From Salpingoeca rosetta (taxonomy: Eukaryota; Protista; Choanoflagellata): DNA of 64,000 bases. Below, piece by piece: positions 57,993 through 64,000 of the stretch. Location of the stretch: positions 730,583 to 794,582 of the forward strand of contig JAWQFM010000009.1 of the NCBI GenBank assembly GCA_033442325.1. Direction: 5' to 3'. The notes beneath the pieces are model-generated. The model made no database searches. It was not told where the DNA came from and was given only the letters and a program-made list of their open reading frames with translations. How positions within the stretch are numbered: position 1 is the stretch's first letter; every line of letters starts with the position of its first letter. A program made the translations under genes and the position numbers.

Positions 57993-58497
57993 GCCACCAC
58001 CACCGCCACGGCTCTGCTGTTGCAGGGCGTTAGCACATGGATGGGGTGTGTGAGTGTGTGTGTGCGTGTGCGTGTGTGCGTTTGTGCGTGTGCGTGTGTG
58101 CGTTTGTGCGTGTGCGTGTGTGCGTGTGTGTGTGTGCGTGTGCATGTGTGCGTGTGTGTGTATGTGCATGCGGCAGCCATTAGATTTAGACATAAGTCCT
58201 TAGGCGAGTCCTCTTAGGCCGGCGGCAGGCCGCTATGACCCTAGGATCGAGCGTTCCTTTAACGTCCCGGTTCTGATCCGCTTTGGATCTTCTATTGAAA
58301 TTTATCAGGCATATTTCTGGTCAGGTCAAGATCTTACATTCTTGTGCACTTACTTTGATGGTCAGCATCTTGTGAGACGCCCGGACCTCACATTACAACC
58401 AATTGACGCTTGCCACGCAACGAACAGCATGATCTCCATTAGCCAGGGTTGCCGCGGTTTGCTCGTGATCTTAAAAGTGGGCTTTACGAACGCAATG

Positions 58498-58537
<40 letters not shown>

Positions 58538-58649
58538 CGTGTATGTGTGCGTGCATGTATGTGTGTGTGTGCGTGTATGTGTGCGTGCATGTATGTGTGT
58601 GTGTGTGTGCACATCCGTGCGTTGCGTTTGCACCTGTGTGCATGCAACG

Positions 58650-59053
58650 TACAGCAGGGGCAACCAATACTGCACTTCTGCCAGAAGCAATAACAAGGCG
58701 CAAGGAAGTGACGGAAGAACCTTATGTTTTGGCTTTCGGTACTTGTTGAGGATCGTACTAAACTCCTTGTAGTTGATCTTGTCGTCGTGATTCTCGTCCA
58801 AGGCGTGGATGACGGCTTTCAGCTCTGGTTTGCTCAGAGGCAACTTGATGCTTTTCATCGTGTCCCGGAACTCCTTGCGTGTGATGATGCCGTCATCATC
58901 CCGGTCGTACTGTCGAAATAGATCTAGTACACGCAAAGAGTTCTTGTCCATCACCTCAACCATGTTGTGCGCCCATTTGCTCAACACATCATCACCCCCC
59001 TCACCTCCAGCTTCATCGTGGTGGTGGTGGTGGTGTTGTTGTTCGCTGCTCAT
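58650..59053 (-). CDS. Small two-EF-hand calcium-binding protein; 3' end unresolved
   Basis: [12 protein letters not shown]...[23 protein letters not shown]...[18 protein letters not shown] probable short second exon (KCSIGCPC) lies at about 58678-58650. Confidence 0.75.
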
Positions 59054-59151
59054 TACCGTTCGTTGTTGTGGTTTGCTGGCTGGCACTTTGGCTGGAAAAT
59101 TGACCAACATTTTCATACACATTTCTACAACCGCCGCCAGGAACAGCGACA

Positions 59152-60462
<1,311 letters not shown>

Positions 60463-60833
60463 TACTAGCAGTGGTATGTTGTGCGCATTGGTTGCGCAGT
60501 TTTTTTTTGGTTCATATTCCCAGTTCGAGCGCTGCTTGTCGTTATCCTTGAGCAAGCTTGCCCACACTACATGTGCGTGCATGTGCATGTACATGTGTAC
60601 GTGTGTGCGCGCATGCGTGCGCGCGTGGGTAAACGTGCTCCTTTGCCGTGTATGGGATGCAATCAGCGACACTGCCTCGCCAGCTGTTGTCTGTATAGAC
60701 GCACGTGCGCATTGCACATGCGTCGATATCATATGTGTCTTTTCCAAGAAGATCTAATGGAATGAACCAACGACATATGTACATGCAAAGAGAGGTAGAG
60801 GTGTGTGTGGGAGCAACAGTCATATCCTAGCTT

Positions 60834-62610
<1,777 letters not shown>

Positions 62611-63550
62611 GTCACGGGCCACAGCAGTGTCTTCCTGCGCGCACGTCGCACACAGGGCTTGTTCGTCTCGGGACAGGCGTGTCGCCCATGCACCACTCGC
62701 GGGTTAAGGGTGTGCTCCAGCTGCACCGACAAAGATCACAATGGCAACAGCGCTGGCGGTGAGATACGTGCGCGCGTGTGCACTCGCGTCTTTGCGTACG
62801 TGTACGTGTTTGGTCGCGTGTGTGTTCGGAATTGGAGGGCCAGGCTGTTGTTGATAGTCGTCGTTGTTGTTTCTGCTTTTTTTTTTTTCGCACACACACA
62901 CACACGAACGCAACAAACAACAACAAACAACGACGATGATGATGAGGCTGAGGATCAGGCTGAGGAGGAACAACAGGGTGGGGGGGAGGGAGGGTGTGTT
63001 TCGCTGTTGCTGTGTTGCTGGCAGTGGTGGTAATTGCGCTTCTTGCCGGCGCTCAGGCACAGGAATGTCGACTGCAGCACCGAGCCAGACAACACGCCAT
63101 GGTATGGGCATGATCGCTGTGCATGTGTGTGTGTGTGTGTGTGTGTTGGAGATGTAGTGCTGTGGCAGTGATGGAACGCCCACGCTTCAGCAAACATGAT
63201 CACGATCACGCTGACGTGCTCACTTGACTCACTTGCTTGCTCACTTGCTTGGCTGCTTGCTTGCAGCGATGATGGCTCGTCCCTGACAGACAACGATCGC
63301 TGCCAGGGAGGTGTGGACCCCCCCCCCCGCTGTCCATGCGTGTGCCATGCGTGTGCAATGCTTGTGCCATGCGTGTGCCATGCATGCATCAATGGTGATT
63401 GGCGCCTTGCCCTGACATTATGATCACTCGCTCGCGCTCCTTCCACAGGCTCGTGCGTTGGCGTGTGTCGCAGATATGAGTTCAACGGCCAATGCTTGTC
63501 GAGCTGCCCATCTGGCTACGTACGTGACGCACACCTGAAATTGTGGACGC

Positions 63551-63630
<80 letters not shown>

Positions 63631-64000
63631 GTGTGTGTGTGAGTGACACAGTGTGCTTCTAGCTTTTAGCGTTGAGGTGTATGTGTCACAGTGCCTACTG
63701 TTCTGCTTCTCTATTATATACTCCCCCCCGATTGAAACTCCTCTTTCATGTTCCCAGCACCCCTTATTTCCTACGGCCGTGCTCCTGTGGTCCCTCCCTG
63801 TAGCATTTTTTTTTTTTTCCTGTCTAATAGCTGTATGATTATTGTGATTCCCCTTGCCCATTATTGGCAGAAAACTTTGATATCTGTGTTAAATGACCGC
63901 GTTTAATGTGTGAATCTCATTGCGCTTTCGAAGTTTTCAATAATTTTGTGTTTCTTGAATTAGCATGACATTCTCTTTCACCCTCAAATAAATGAGGAAA

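Noticed and set aside
58172-58495. RNase MRP/P-like or Sm-site snRNA reading of the island (AAGTCC...GGGCTT, ATATTTCTGG)
   Set aside because: Motifs are too short and wrongly spaced to support an RNA gene call.
57992-59053. EF-hand exon as the N-terminus of the golgin
   Set aside because: MFASLKNKV matches the conserved extreme N-terminus of golgin-97/245, so separate genes are more likely; a fusion cannot be excluded without cDNA.
62700-63540. Possible minus-strand exon(s) upstream of the mucin gene
   Set aside because: No consistent spliced frame or recognisable motif.
63640-63700. Two CACAGTG heptamers resembling RSS/Transib ends
   Set aside because: Expected by chance in CA/TG-rich DNA; no nonamer or transposase is visible.

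Overview
Gene-dense eukaryotic DNA with many short spliceosomal introns full of (GT)n/(CA)n microsatellites and exons rich in poly-Q/D/T tracts. Gene content and style point to a choanoflagellate, most resembling Salpingoeca rosetta (inference, not verified). Most short ORFs in the supplied track are microsatellite artefacts. I reconstructed about 16 genes by hand, mostly in alternating head-to-head/tail-to-tail pairs: a partial hypothetical gene, LRRC6/DNAAF11, RBX1, a PI3K p85-like adaptor (SH3-C1-SAM-C1-RhoGAP-SH2-coiled coil-SH2), a 170-aa caspase/metacaspase-like protein, SHPRH, a divergent DET1-like gene, METTL14, FBXW10, a possible small membrane protein, an intronless NPPY-type N6-adenine methyltransferase, a Lines/LINS1 homolog, a GRIP golgin with a long repeat array, an EF-hand protein, a secreted acidic protein, and a mucin-like membrane protein spanning a 621-N gap. 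Best leads: the minimal clan-CD protease, the intronless amino-methyltransferase, the p85-like protein whose two C1 domains lost the same zinc site, complementary GT/CA arms at intron ends, a bipartite motif shared by two divergent promoters, and a compositionally foreign ~320-bp island near 58.2-58.5 kb. Family calls rest on motifs recognised from memory; no database search was run.
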